From a virus: DNA of 64,000 nt. The notes beneath the pieces are model-generated. The model did not search any database and was not told where the DNA came from. It was given only the letters and a program-made list of their open reading frames with translations. Position 1 is the stretch's first letter. Every line of letters begins with the position of its first letter. Below, one piece after another: positions 32,801 through 38,911 of this stretch. The stretch lies in IMG/VR virus record IMGVR_UViG_3300027763_000038, positions 44,771 through 108,770 of that record; one strand, written 5' to 3'. The translations under genes were made by a program, and so were the position numbers.

Positions 32801-34293
32801 GCACCTTTAACAGCGGCGAATAGTGTTATGATTGGTAAAAGTTCTTTAGCAGCATCGGCAACTTTAATGAAAGCATTAGCTAAACTCAACCCTACTGTTA
32901 CCATCTTCTGAAAACTATCAGTATTTCCAACACTACGAATGAGTGTTAAAAATTCTTCTCTAGTTTTGGATATTTGGACAGCTAGTGCTAACTGACCTTT
33001 AGCAGCGTCTGTGGCTAAAGAGCCTTGTCCAGCTTGTGCGATCTTTAATGCATCTTGTGCTGTGGTAAATTCTTGAATCAATGGAATAACTTTACCAATT
33101 TGTCTAAAACCACCAAGTTCTTCTACTATATTAGAAAATTTAAGATCTCTGGGATCTATTTTACCTAAGCCTTCACTTAATAATTGAACAGCTTTATATG
33201 CTCCTACAAATTTACCATCTAGATCTGTTAGATTAACACCATATTCTTTCAAGGCTTCAATAGTGTCACCTCTTTGAATTCTGGTAAAGATTGTTCTTAA
33301 GCCAGTGGCAATAGTTTCAGCACTTTCTCTGGTTGTTGCTCTAACGCTGGTGAAGACCGCAATGAATTCATTAAGAGCATCTTTGCCTTCACTTACTCCT
33401 TTGCTAGCTGCGGCAAACACACCACCGGTACGCTGAATAGCAGCAATAATATCACTAGATTCCACAGCAAATCTTGCTGATACAGCATTAATGGAACCTA
33501 ATGCTTTTTCTAGATCATTAGCTCCAATTTTAAACTGTCTCATTAAAGCAATAGAACCTTCTACTGTTTGATTCATATTATCAAAAGACGGGGTCAAAGC
33601 ACTCAAAGCCAAAGCATTTAATGCTATTTCGGTTTCTTTAGCGCTTAAACCAGCTTGAGATAATGTTACTGCAACAGTAGCTAAATCTTTAGCTGCGACA
33701 CCCAACTGACCAGATAATGAAGCTATAGTTACCTGTAATTTACCTAAATTTTCTTTACTTTCACCAGTAACTTGAGAAATACGAGTTATTTGTTTATCAA
33801 AACTAATAAATTCTGAAATACCGCTCTTGATAGCCCCAACTAATCCATAGATTAATACGGTAGAGCTACTAAATGCAGCAAAACGTCTAACAGCCAAACC
33901 AGCTTGATTACCAAATTCTTCTATCTCGGTTCTAGAGCCAGCGATAGCTCTTTGTGATGCTCTAGCAGAAGCTTGTACTCCTTGCAAAGCAGCAGATATT
34001 TGCCCAGCATGATTAGGCATACTTACAGCAGCAACACCCCTCATTGCATTCATCATATCTCTCATAGCGTTAGCAACATTTGTTGCCGAAGAAGCTGTTG
34101 TTGTGAGAGTAGAATTAAGATTATTTAAAGAAGAGTTTAAACCGGCAATTACTTGAACAGTAGCTGGGTTTATCTTAAGATTAACATTAGCAGAGATCGT
34201 ACCTAATTGTTTTTTAATGTTAGATACAATAACATTAACATTAGATGGTCCCTGTAAATTAATTTGTGCTGTTAAATTAAATCCTTTAGACAT
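17842..34293 (-). CDS. Giant tape measure protein (5483 aa) with repeated GG...TPGEFV modules and embedded enzymatic domains
   Basis: N-terminal TP901-type TMP core (ITRISQVTGES...LSQAGLSAKE...ESAETIATGLRTIFTRI); long Ala/Gln-rich helical regions and hydrophobic segments; position after tail tube and chaperone-like genes; GAGG RBS. Confidence 0.92.
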   Translation of the reverse strand: MSKGFNLTAQINLQGPSNVNVIVSNIKKQLGTISANVNLKINPATVQVIAGLNSSLNNLNSTLTTTASSATNVANAMRDMMNAMRGVAAVSMPNHAGQISAALQGVQASARASQRAIAGSRTEIEEFGNQAGLAVRRFAAFSSSTVLIYGLVGAIKSGISEFISFDKQITRISQVTGESKENLGKLQVTIASLSGQLGVAAKDLATVAVTLSQAGLSAKETEIALNALALSALTPSFDNMNQTVEGSIALMRQFKIGANDLEKALGSINAVSARFAVESSDIIAAIQRTGGVFAAASKGVSEGKDALNEFIAVFTSVRATTRESAETIATGLRTIFTRIQRGDTIEALKEYGVNLTDLDGKFVGAYKAVQLLSEGLGKIDPRDLKFSNIVEELGGFRQIGKVIPLIQEFTTAQDALKIAQAGQGSLATDAAKGQLALAVQISKTREEFLTLIRSVGNTDSFQKMVTVGLSLANAFIKVADAAKELLPIITLFAAVKGASAITQFASGFGRGFTGGGRRNNAPGFATGGLVPGQGDSDSIAARLTPGEFVIRKSAVKAIGAHNLHRLNKANGGRIQKFSNGGLTQSYTIDQLLTRDGSSTIQKAIGKTNIEAVGDSAKIRIVPRSIDLKPADFKKIWDMASEKASTSKRYKSYAGVDVSGENRAKLDDIIQSSKNQKNRKRAVSEKETEVGKLGSAENRWGKAYETLIISKLKQGWESASNKTNYPVDLIQKAENQAIQKIGEAKFKTSDTEDIDLVSKMLRYRIDKNQVGFAGSKNGLFKENNKKDKDPNVFLGNLDYFWEANQKDKFYSWIQTQQKNKVPGFNSGGSVRKFVDAGIVTPTSGKAATSTDIFRVLTLDEVIKDTGSNAGDIQRILKKRNSLTPSEQVIKDKILAKYTEKTSGIKKANNLDIQKATTDGLLFGAAGFKGRAFPTTDRMEIPGLKNPVKVRITSGVLDKEAAGKDIKRMTQAMNAVSAKSTKNMQIRQILKEVGPIYSDFDRTLAFGADKILADPKQPRFSEFSDKDKVRDALKNATLSKLGLALVAQVRKTPQLLDNLHVISARPKNTMGLIGEWLASKNLPIRNLEGVGGPDNTAEKIAQLKVEYMQANPGAFIDDDKRNIDAARAAGMNVYHYANKKVKASDRKKMGEANAHGYIAESIIHQLGGPIANKAATNYGIDFPDGLKDASKYFKLPPNIPTDAKLTLNGPAELKGQIGNYLKARGYADGGLVPGVGSQDTVPANLNVGDFVIRKKAVQTIGANKLSSLNRKAAGGSINTTVPALLTPGEFVINKKTASRIGTPTLNRLNHADKVSGFNSGGLVGGVQEFATGGAVQRLFFGGRAGPAARPNTVNTETIGVSGNTAQRLSELAEVLSELGVASSRSGQLLRRGYQATAAEAERAYNADILMARAAGASATVLYDLQRALQQSQQEARNEVRIRQQLGNVNGRQIQEALSMVDEELERLTVTARAAATAAGTLTDEEVEAEVRAGAGARRTQAFENVNASGVLTGVGGGVDLAGIGATGDDLERTMMALMRDADTLDQMNQEYIRQRRHAMAEEARLDGNLARAARIRAGLERDVEQVISAEVRARRQAVEEAARSAGSRDTGTRDRNNGNRGLLMAGGIITVGSLISQQMDTKASAGQASAAAGLNTASQSAGVAIGVISQLQDFEQHLRDAGTEVGDMGANAVRAGRRLLMVGSFIFTAVSVIKDMTNAMNEFKLEVESKKLEFAMKGVEQEFEVLRKDVKNLDFTRLNNKLEAASTAFANQINILSTRTLYTFTNLFDALATFTGNGVGGEEGLRQRSDILRLGGSQAYYRASNSAEDTNVEFNKIIPQLAQEQAAMGRALGDSLLESFKERAKRGESVKDITSDPNFDKFSESLANADAVIRQKILEVENSGLGNAQINSIKESIIKNAGEEKARQQVNIVLREKEAQALQRSTYAFTGSLNRMFKNMEQAISATSNALDSMQKSIDANIASLTGSAALQNINSQTSNIISNPRAYSRASVSQAQSTGAGFFGQSSGLVKSLLKVGETAENTIMKTINDTVQQNPEANDEIIGSKITTNVNKALKDLGLPPEFVDKLSGQIGKAIADLRKSGDDKISFGDLQEKVAGLSSTLDTAKGVSDIVVKALDHFNSALNTYSSNINKIIDLEISSREKLRKAEDILINSGVELSKVFGESINLEKSRARTQARVGRFTGGVTDPDKIFNQILKLNTEKNIAESSRAQAGERGAAGAEDFAKFSKDVQNNSIALRESYNALRFLADNTENASEAMQKIQDVQQRNAGKVSFIEKLATATPDEAASLGNALNRLQKNINGQINTINSSTGAQKAYFEALQSGASGFEAMRAAQTAFANERKETLGALQDIMPFLGEGRQASNVRANVLESMLKESGMGISPMMMDVLNNLRNPQADPAVAAAMTYYNEAIALQSSANEHLANIDQHLAQDTTEANAKALATALSDVTLTFFNQQLVDIAANINNLVPVKPQARAAGGIIYAEAGQMVNFQPKGSDTVPAMLTPGEFVVNKKATANNRSLLESINSHKYSSGGSVRYYDRGGFVHDAGDPSDFTKSSSISQIKLLNLNTPNVINDLLKAQNKLYNTPSVYTFLDSRKQTPEPTKDNYDLKDLEPTAGVVVPGFGPIIGRKNNKEVDYQRDPAEEALLNRFSAIKSDDTFFHINSLDKGSFGTTNIKELNFEEYKRKAAENNIKWELPKFDLPNNYGPVPNITDFKLNIPDAFSSNIISNPYGIIVPDEAGGMPTLDVATNRMYQIYEATNGGVKENAISIDPPFFQAPVGAAPGSSLAGLDFKPKGSIVGRNLVMNNLTKNIISHDKIADLKIKNDEAYAEYEKTRDFLNAPTFKEDTVIDEDAKHALEIQAQLSKVYNGNSIGEIIKGKTLIEKYFPTIKGVENAGSLMILQDSATEAINKLIMEYAANPIAAKDKNIVFSGKNLKKPAIGDFVKDVPINIFSVDKAGAMDLPAKPFPYIVNASLEDLDADLRKKIEKELTAKNPGGISMKRLPPETLSIPVNDLLNSFNIQKQFKDTLSLNGQNLDFKVSYDEWEGKLFKPDTNEFNPHISKYLLPAKNDKTFFESLDISKRRITTNGVNRFTGQELLQSIADGSNVGNVTTNLTDYIKLIVNGGKDNGERQKLLDSLSSKFKGSFIKSQDMTFPDVDTLITPFDRDSITTFNVGKHILEALDAAKIQAAEGSDQIEGKALGNQGVGDADLPKAVRATAKGALSIFGRAKVPGLSNSWLSRYIGKIPNMVNLKPSGAKNMAAYASGVMEQFGAYLSNIGTKSNNPNQYQGLKELWTLASGASQAFSGLANGNSSLFGQFVASDLKLIDLFRSLGAGTLMRRITGLALNDDWKNLLANTAKGKSRKVGINSLGKQKELSEDNLPTTLQELIDLVFNPYTEFDDSDTRFVLMDKLVNDLSNFKEGIGIPYFDRNTMAFISKNVQSLEKWYHGDGDKWLGQDYLFDKKLKPEARIPAFFDSASDNSFTDIYQEANDAQVTLGLGSKFGRLPSPNWFRARVAQGLQTGGMVYAANGGQMIQFQPRGTDTVPAMLTPGEFVINRKATQENLPLLKAINQGGNPKALSKGGVIYAQDGTQVPSLSVNGGVSIPTVISGNEFKTVDYNTNIKLQQKAKQEAQSKMLQQYQKDMELFEQSLQEDINNLVTSKSSPEMDKDTRFLASKKIISYYETIKKRNKEILFVSGRDGLLGTGDDIVPEQEMSLDDLSLKYSMLGLTPGVGIPFDVAAAVVDVMRGDLTGAGLSLASTVEGVGQVAGAAKIAAGVKAATAAKAATAAMAGVGLFATLKKFKPLKSDAVLDAIKTQTAKNMPAGLNTDELKALSELQTKIKNGGLDLSSAADITKQFDIAKNTTGATSAFAKMIDSIKTLAIQGDLGDAAKVVDDISGAKGGIFSTITKNIAGRLKSGALLLGGGVAGATLFSGGIHKYNTAAEARHKLDPETVKAATADATVVNGIPAGDPGRARAPVPAGGPAPAAKPQTPQEKIDAIIREFQFPKIRLGKQTQADLNKVKDPIKRLNMYENKAKLLRADPNLEYRSMGGLIYAQDGMLVPGSRLMDPRLVQQNQNYMPEMTPTQGELDFANQQAKLQTQQAKITTDNSGRQWHTPEGEISAYGPPPGPGLMGESLYQRAGAAWGMFTAVAGAARSKGGARGKGQKSAARTLPPKPKSATNTAVQQKVAELTKRKAQVQSEVTTINQKIKEATDRRKALLGDNKEKDLLEGIHDGRETFGSKLSFRDTKYTLTRDKVNTDLLLKDFARATGKQVTQSTVQSDEFLAYIKSAILEPLAKTPEELIARQSRGLIVNGIKQDGKLTLEDIQKFAKDPEGISRLDQQIRGGNSDAHMIMGPGGTINTGRNFGNTKEVDMLYRALENGNLDHVQGVTPALRKSLEQTLLFQQIRVEEAQIKAFKTQVRSLESQISNIEAGINQGNQLLNPPEQAPAVAVPPKPLPPPPPPLRNGPPPLPRQAGGPPPLPPKGPPPLPPQYREKGGVIYASTGGLIKGLSSDLAQQLYPYTSSEEGKKKLKEYADAQFGVKSFEPNSQSPKYDAQYDATTKKISSKNQDPELLKHELGHALQDKNNMFMKTDVLDSLKPDIQNFALDPKGWAPLKEVTNSPYSGQQLVDDNREVFTNIIQSMKTSEFSKNSLAKELLKKIMKAYGFDNGGPVYASTGKLINFQPRGTDTIPAMLTPGEFVVNAKATRNNLDLLKSINSGGGSDSKGYSSGGVVYLKDGGPTAAFERLLAISGSEFKGLNDPDPQDPKGRSLTEQGQQRKENGEVASTIRGKDGKLITVVEKSDAQIRKESKERTEQNKENNKEYNNKQNVEDRKNYLKEIVDNLPKQKAAIEAAKKFREELISVKSQYIKRTEEKLKNTAKALNITLLELISKNPEAKAEADFIRGKASVDDLQQSGHQDLIDALEQLGQDIGFKLKNNPFTNINDLVAVSPEELGGIDFPNKFRETYYNEVGAKEIYQRNATIVPGILPQDFKYSNGKVLGPLSLKPEYKASGGVIYAQTGKLIPYEPKGTDTVPAMLTPGEFVVNRAATQKNLPLLKAINNGKTEAYSQGGVIYAKGGGWADMAGASSSVPKGSQPPTEEEKQKIIMERSLAKTQTGSLILQIKNEAETSPQMFDALKADAINESLTAEGLADKYWSVWGKLSADEIKTNAKKQYDIDTQRHKYLTTIYNNSLQAYTILKRDPKASKIGVNGKSILDILNGQARAKIEGDAIDAGWRILFKKHPEIMSGQASQASGNSVAGEKKPEQTPPPPTTEPTHKQYGGMIYANHGMMIPYIPRGSDTVPAMLTPGEFVVNRASAQQNLPLLQAINNNRYSRGGSVKYLANGGMTDESGAGGGVSNSGGSSSPNMDGLSQFTTKFAEFIGQLKAINLPPVINVMGNHKVEVVFNGAEVLKQLSETAISNMVVAEVGRAMGTLSDQTEGALGRK
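18150..32730 (-). repeat. Eight dispersed protein-level repeats (GG...[GS]DTVPAMLTPGEFV[VI]N..A...N..LL..IN) within the TMP
   Basis: Copies at approx. 32580-32730, 30480-30630 (degenerate, NLNVGDFV), 30330-30480, 26600-26810, 23450-23670, 19975-20200, 18950-19165, 18150-18350. Confidence 0.93.
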
Positions 34294-34304
34294 TATTGTA
34301 CCTC

Positions 34305-34346
34305 AAAAAAGAAACACCATGCTGCAATGATACAACATGGTGCTTC
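34305..34346 (-). terminator. Rho-independent terminator-like hairpin immediately upstream of the TMP RBS
   Basis: Minus strand GAAGCACCATGTTGTA-TCAT-TGCAGCATGGTGTTTC followed by TTTTTT; ~16-bp stem with G:U pairs, then GAGG and the TMP ATG. Confidence 0.75.
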
Positions 34347-34374
34347 GATGGTGAAAAAAGATGTAAATAAATTA

Positions 34375-35280
34375 TCAAGTAGTTGCAGGGGGTACTGGGG
34401 TTTCTGCTGGGACTGGTTCTGATTCTGTAGTTGTAGTTGTAGTTGTAGTTGTCTCATCTTTAGTCACTTCGGGTTTGGTGTCTTGTTCTAAAACTACAGG
34501 TTTTCCTTCTTCATCCAAGAATGGTTCAGCATCTACCACATAATCACCATCTCTATCAACTCTGTTACCATTCTTATCAATGTAGTTGCCTTCCTCATCA
34601 ATAAATCGACCTTGTTCGTCGATCAATCGACCATCAGCATCTACCAACCGACCTCTCTTATCTACCAGCCTTAGCTTCTCATCAACAAACTTATACTTTT
34701 GAAGGAACTTATTTTCAGGTAAATTCTTCTCAAAATTATTATCTAAACCATAAATCATACTGGCCAATTTTTGAGCACCCAACAAGGCAACAGGATCGTC
34801 AGCCTTATTCAAATACTCTTCTAAACTATGAAAATAGGGATCATTTGTATCTTTATACACCACACAAGCTGAGACTAAATAATTAAATCTAGCATTATCA
34901 GCTTGACCTTCTGCACTATGATTATCTAAAGATGTACGAACACTAATTAGGTCTCTAATTTCTGACCTAATTTCTTTCATCTTTAAGGCCAATCCTTTTG
35001 CATCTTTGAGACCGAAACCACCCTTGGCGAGTCTCTTTTCTCCGTCTATTAATTCTTGTTGTAAATCAGAGAACTTTCTCTGTTTCTCTGGATTCCACAA
35101 GCCCTGTTCTTCAAGGAGATCATCCATCTTGGCTCTAACAACAGATTTGGACTTGATAGCATCTGTGAAAGCTTGATTGTAAGCCTTCTGGCCCTCTCTT
35201 TGATCATTTAGTGAGGGTGATCTGACCATAAAGTGTTTTTCGACGCCATCGACTACAACGCTAAAGTTTTCAGTTTTCAT
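34375..35280 (-). CDS. Putative tail assembly chaperone (301 aa) with 7-aa DxxG repeats and an acidic Thr-rich tail
   Basis: Directly upstream of TMP; charged helical N-terminus; LVDKRGR-LVDADGR-LIDEQGR-FIDEEGN-YIDKNGN-RVDRDGD repeats; AAGGA RBS. Confidence 0.55.
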   Translation of the reverse strand: MKTENFSVVVDGVEKHFMVRSPSLNDQREGQKAYNQAFTDAIKSKSVVRAKMDDLLEEQGLWNPEKQRKFSDLQQELIDGEKRLAKGGFGLKDAKGLALKMKEIRSEIRDLISVRTSLDNHSAEGQADNARFNYLVSACVVYKDTNDPYFHSLEEYLNKADDPVALLGAQKLASMIYGLDNNFEKNLPENKFLQKYKFVDEKLRLVDKRGRLVDADGRLIDEQGRFIDEEGNYIDKNGNRVDRDGDYVVDAEPFLDEEGKPVVLEQDTKPEVTKDETTTTTTTTTESEPVPAETPVPPATT

Positions 35281-35283
35281 TAT

Positions 35284-35598
35284 TTATCCTTCCTGAGAAT
35301 TTTGATTATCTTGGTTCTTTGTTACTGGAAAATTATAGTGATATCTTGTTTTGAAAACACCACCATATCTATAAAAGTCTTCTTTAATTTGTCTAATTTG
35401 ATTATTACCATTATTCAAAATTTGATTTCTGGTAAAATCCCAAATGTCAGCGAATTCTTCTTCTTTTTCTGTGAGGTCACCATCTTTATCTTGACCCCAT
35501 AAAAATCCAAGATTTTCTTCAATGCGAGCCAATGCTCCAATCATTGTTGTTTGAATTCTTCTTTCCATATAAAATTTAAGTCTATCTGGATCGTACAT
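35284..35598 (-). CDS. Hypothetical protein (104 aa), tail assembly region
   Basis: Track ORF, co-oriented, GAGG upstream, tight spacing. Confidence 0.75.
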   Translation of the reverse strand: MYDPDRLKFYMERRIQTTMIGALARIEENLGFLWGQDKDGDLTEKEEEFADIWDFTRNQILNNGNNQIRQIKEDFYRYGGVFKTRYHYNFPVTKNQDNQNSQEG

Positions 35599-35599
35599 A

Positions 35600-36646
35600 C
35601 TAACCTCGTTTCTGTTGGTCCTTTAATTGATTAAATATCCTAGCTTTAACATCTGGCAGTTCTGCATCTCTTACGGGGCCATCACTTGATACCACCATAT
35701 TCATTTTCTGTTGTATTGTTTGTAATCCTTGTTCCGAGTTAAGATCAAATATATCCTGTGCTTGCTCTCTATTGTTAGCCATCAAAAATACTTCGGCAGA
35801 ATCCTTAATTTTGCCGCTCAACATATTATCTACACCCTTTTCCTTTTTTTGTTTCTCGTTTTCTTGTCTTTGCAATAACATCCAACCATCAAGAGCATCA
35901 TCATCAGCTATGATATCATCTTTAGGACACTCTGGATGTTCCTGTATCTTATCATACATACAAGAAATATTAATCAAGCTTTTTTGTTCTTCTGACCATT
36001 CTTTAACTGATTCATCTAATATATTAGTTTTATTATTATTCCAATAATTTCTCCAATAATCACTTCGTGCTACTGCTTTATATGTGCTAACATCAATAAC
36101 ATTATGAGAAATAATTGACATAATACTATTGAAAAGATTAAAAGATATAGAAATATCATAATCAAAAACTAACTCATCAGAGTCAAAATGATACAAAGAG
36201 TTCGTGATAATAAATTCATTTTTTATGTTATCACAATAATGTTCTAATGTTAAATAATCTAGACTATGTTGTTCTTGATAGAATTTATCAATATCCTGTC
36301 TGGTATTCTTTATCTTTTGTTTTATTTTATTTTTTTGAATAGTATCATAATATGATTTATAAAGACTAATCTTTTGATTATCTAAACTCTTCTCTACCTT
36401 GGTTAAAATCTTTTTATGATCTCTACTAATAATATTTGTTTCAATTAATAAATCTTCGATATCTTCCATCAAAACAAAATCACTATAAATATTATTTTCA
36501 TAAGCAGAAACATAGAGTAAGTCTGCTTTCATCTTTAAAGACAAAGAAGGTTTCCTAAGCTCATAAGTATTGTTATTATGAGAAAAAACTTGCTTTCCTG
36601 ACAATATCCTATGAACTAGTATTTCATATTTCCTAGTTTCATTCAC
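35600..36646 (-). CDS. Hypothetical protein (348 aa), possible second tail assembly chaperone
   Basis: GTG-start ORF between tail tube and TMP; charged and helical; HPECPKDDIIADDDALDGW segment. Confidence 0.6.
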   Translation of the reverse strand: MNETRKYEILVHRILSGKQVFSHNNNTYELRKPSLSLKMKADLLYVSAYENNIYSDFVLMEDIEDLLIETNIISRDHKKILTKVEKSLDNQKISLYKSYYDTIQKNKIKQKIKNTRQDIDKFYQEQHSLDYLTLEHYCDNIKNEFIITNSLYHFDSDELVFDYDISISFNLFNSIMSIISHNVIDVSTYKAVARSDYWRNYWNNNKTNILDESVKEWSEEQKSLINISCMYDKIQEHPECPKDDIIADDDALDGWMLLQRQENEKQKKEKGVDNMLSGKIKDSAEVFLMANNREQAQDIFDLNSEQGLQTIQQKMNMVVSSDGPVRDAELPDVKARIFNQLKDQQKRG

Positions 36647-36648
36647 AT

Positions 36649-36783
36649 TTAGTTATCTGTAGAAATAACAGAAGTCTGCAAATTAGACATTTCGTCTAGT
36701 TTTTTTTGCAGACTTTCTATTACTTTTTGACTTTGTAGTAGCTCTAAATAAAGCTTGCCTATTACCGAAAAGATATCTTCCAT
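36649..36783 (-). CDS. Small coiled-coil protein (44 aa) not in the ORF track
   Basis: Manual translation MEDIFSVIGKLYLELLQSQKVIESLQKKLDEMSNLQTSVISTDN*; GAGGA just upstream of ATG; fills the gap between neighbours. Confidence 0.7.
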   Translation of the reverse strand: MEDIFSVIGKLYLELLQSQKVIESLQKKLDEMSNLQTSVISTDN

Positions 36784-36828
36784 ATTAGTCCTCGAACCTG
36801 TGTCTTATGATAAATTAACGATTAACTA

Positions 36829-37926
36829 TTAATAATCTGTACCTGCAACTGGTAGACCACTCTCTACTACACCAGAAGGATCATTATAGGCTAGTGCTTT
36901 ACCAGCAGCTTGTACACCAGCTGTTCCTGTTGGAGCAGTATAAGTGAACTCACTATAAGTGGTATAACTATAGGTGATTGATGCATTTGAACCACCAGTA
37001 TCGCCACCGGTGAAGTTAACGCTGGTTAGCTTGTTCTTGCTACCAAGATCAAGTGTTGTTCCATCACATAACTTAATAACAATTTGCTTGTTAGTTAGTG
37101 CCTTGGGATTACTGCAACTAGCATTACTTGACCCAGCAACACCAACCATATCACCAGTATTAGCTGTTACTTCGATTTCTGTTGTAACTTCAACAGGGAA
37201 TTTGATGTAACGATAGAATGGTGTTCTACTGCCGAGCTCACGAATTTGCTCACGACCAAGATTCATACTAACAGTAACATTATTGATCTTGGAACCAGAA
37301 GGAATACCACCACTACTAGACGAAACAGTACCACCAACGCCAGCAGCACTACCCGAATTGGGAAGAATACTATCCTTGCTCCACAAGCCTCTTCGGAGAA
37401 TACCAAACTGGTCGCTTGGACTACCAGTAGCTAGTACTGAATCGGTTGTGCTTAATGTACCGGTTGCCCAAGTCTTATCATTGGATACTAGAGTAACGTC
37501 TTCTGTAAAATTTCCTTCTGTTGGGAATTTGTAACTTACTGAAGAAAGATAAGCTGGAGCACATTCAACTGAAGCTAATGGAGTACCAGTAGCTTGTGTT
37601 TGGGTATCAGAGAATAATTGCATTCTTACGCCACAACGATTGTTAGCCAAAGAAGCTAATGAGCCTGTTCCCATAGACATAGCATAAATTGTGGGGAAAC
37701 CATCAAGAACCTTACTCAAAGTGATTTCCACTTCTGGAATTTCTTCATAGTTATCATATAGTTCAATCTGGCCCATTTGATAAATTGGCTCCAGATTAAA
37801 GTTAGTATTCATACCAACACTTTGTAAACCTTGTATTGTGTCGTATGCTGGATTCTTACCAGTTACTGTACCACTTGGTCCGTTAATTTGAACAGATTGA
37901 CAAGCATAATAAATACGGTTGGCCAT
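36829..37926 (-). CDS. Putative major tail tube protein (365 aa)
   Basis: Position between terminator-like and chaperone-like genes; two similar beta-rich halves (GLQSVGMNTNFNLEPIYQMG / INNVTVSMNLGREQIRELG); GGAG RBS. Confidence 0.7.
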   Translation of the reverse strand: MANRIYYACQSVQINGPSGTVTGKNPAYDTIQGLQSVGMNTNFNLEPIYQMGQIELYDNYEEIPEVEITLSKVLDGFPTIYAMSMGTGSLASLANNRCGVRMQLFSDTQTQATGTPLASVECAPAYLSSVSYKFPTEGNFTEDVTLVSNDKTWATGTLSTTDSVLATGSPSDQFGILRRGLWSKDSILPNSGSAAGVGGTVSSSSGGIPSGSKINNVTVSMNLGREQIRELGSRTPFYRYIKFPVEVTTEIEVTANTGDMVGVAGSSNASCSNPKALTNKQIVIKLCDGTTLDLGSKNKLTSVNFTGGDTGGSNASITYSYTTYSEFTYTAPTGTAGVQAAGKALAYNDPSGVVESGLPVAGTDY

Positions 37927-37948
37927 GAGATGTCTCCATTAAATTTGG

Positions 37949-38911
37949 CTAAATGATAACTTCAGTCGTTAATCTTATTGTACACCAATATAAATTTTTA
38001 TTTCGACTTTCCATGTCTGTTATTGCTATATCTTTAAAAAAACATCTATTCCATCTGTAGGTTGGATCTGTAACTAAATCACAATAAATTTTACCAGAAT
38101 TATTTAGAGATCCTCGGTAATTTAAGGGGTTAACTCCATTATTGACCACTTTGTTAATATCGTATAAGAAAATAGTTTTTTCTTTTTGCAGTCTAATAAT
38201 ATCCATTATTTTGTGCTGGTCTTGTGCATTTTCTGCAAAAACATGTAATAAAATATCTTGAGTAACAATAAGATCAGTACCACCCATTTGCCATCCTTTA
38301 GCAGAGCTTGAGGCTATAGGCTCAATAACTATGCAGGGCATTTGAATTCTATGATTAGAAGACAATTGATAGTCTCCTTTGTCTCTTTGATTTATTGCTG
38401 GAGATGGATCATAAGTAGCCTGTTGTATTTCTGTCCAATAAGGATCCATACTACTTTTATATACTTGACACCATCTATAAGAATACTCCATACTTACAGG
38501 AGTATTAGCTGGTAATGGTTTATCAAAAACCACTTGTCCTAAAGGATAATTAATATAGTATGATAGTGCACCACTACCAGTTGGTGCTGGATAATTTACA
38601 TTGTTAACTTTAATTCCACTGATATTTTTAGGTTGAGTATTATTGTAAACAATACCAGTTTCCCAAACCCAGTCTTTTTTCGGGGTCTGCCAAACCTGTC
38701 CTTTTGTAAAACCGGGCTGATCAGAAGTTTTTAATTCATGAAAAGTGCCACCGTATAGTCCACTAGTAGGGATTTTTACATTAACAAATCCTCCGATATT
38801 TAAGAAACCCCAGTCTAAAAAGGTTTTAAGATTTTCTTCCAATTGACTAAGTAAATAGCTATCTCCTATTTGAGTCACATTATTAAATTTAGTATAATTT
38901 TCACAACTCAT
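37949..38911 (-). CDS. Putative tail terminator/neck protein (320 aa)
   Basis: Immediately upstream of the tube gene; C-terminal part MPCIVIE...QDILLHVFAEN...IMDII resembles tail terminator proteins. Confidence 0.5.
   Translation of the reverse strand: MSCENYTKFNNVTQIGDSYLLSQLEENLKTFLDWGFLNIGGFVNVKIPTSGLYGGTFHELKTSDQPGFTKGQVWQTPKKDWVWETGIVYNNTQPKNISGIKVNNVNYPAPTGSGALSYYINYPLGQVVFDKPLPANTPVSMEYSYRWCQVYKSSMDPYWTEIQQATYDPSPAINQRDKGDYQLSSNHRIQMPCIVIEPIASSSAKGWQMGGTDLIVTQDILLHVFAENAQDQHKIMDIIRLQKEKTIFLYDINKVVNNGVNPLNYRGSLNNSGKIYCDLVTDPTYRWNRCFFKDIAITDMESRNKNLYWCTIRLTTEVII

Noticed and set aside
36690-36715. A8 slippery run (CAA AAA AAA CTA) in the small gene after the tail tube, a possible G/GT-type programmed frameshift
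   Set aside because: The -1 frame stops after a few codons (ACT AGA CGA AAT GTC TAA) and the +1 frame stops at once (TAG), so no fusion to the next gene
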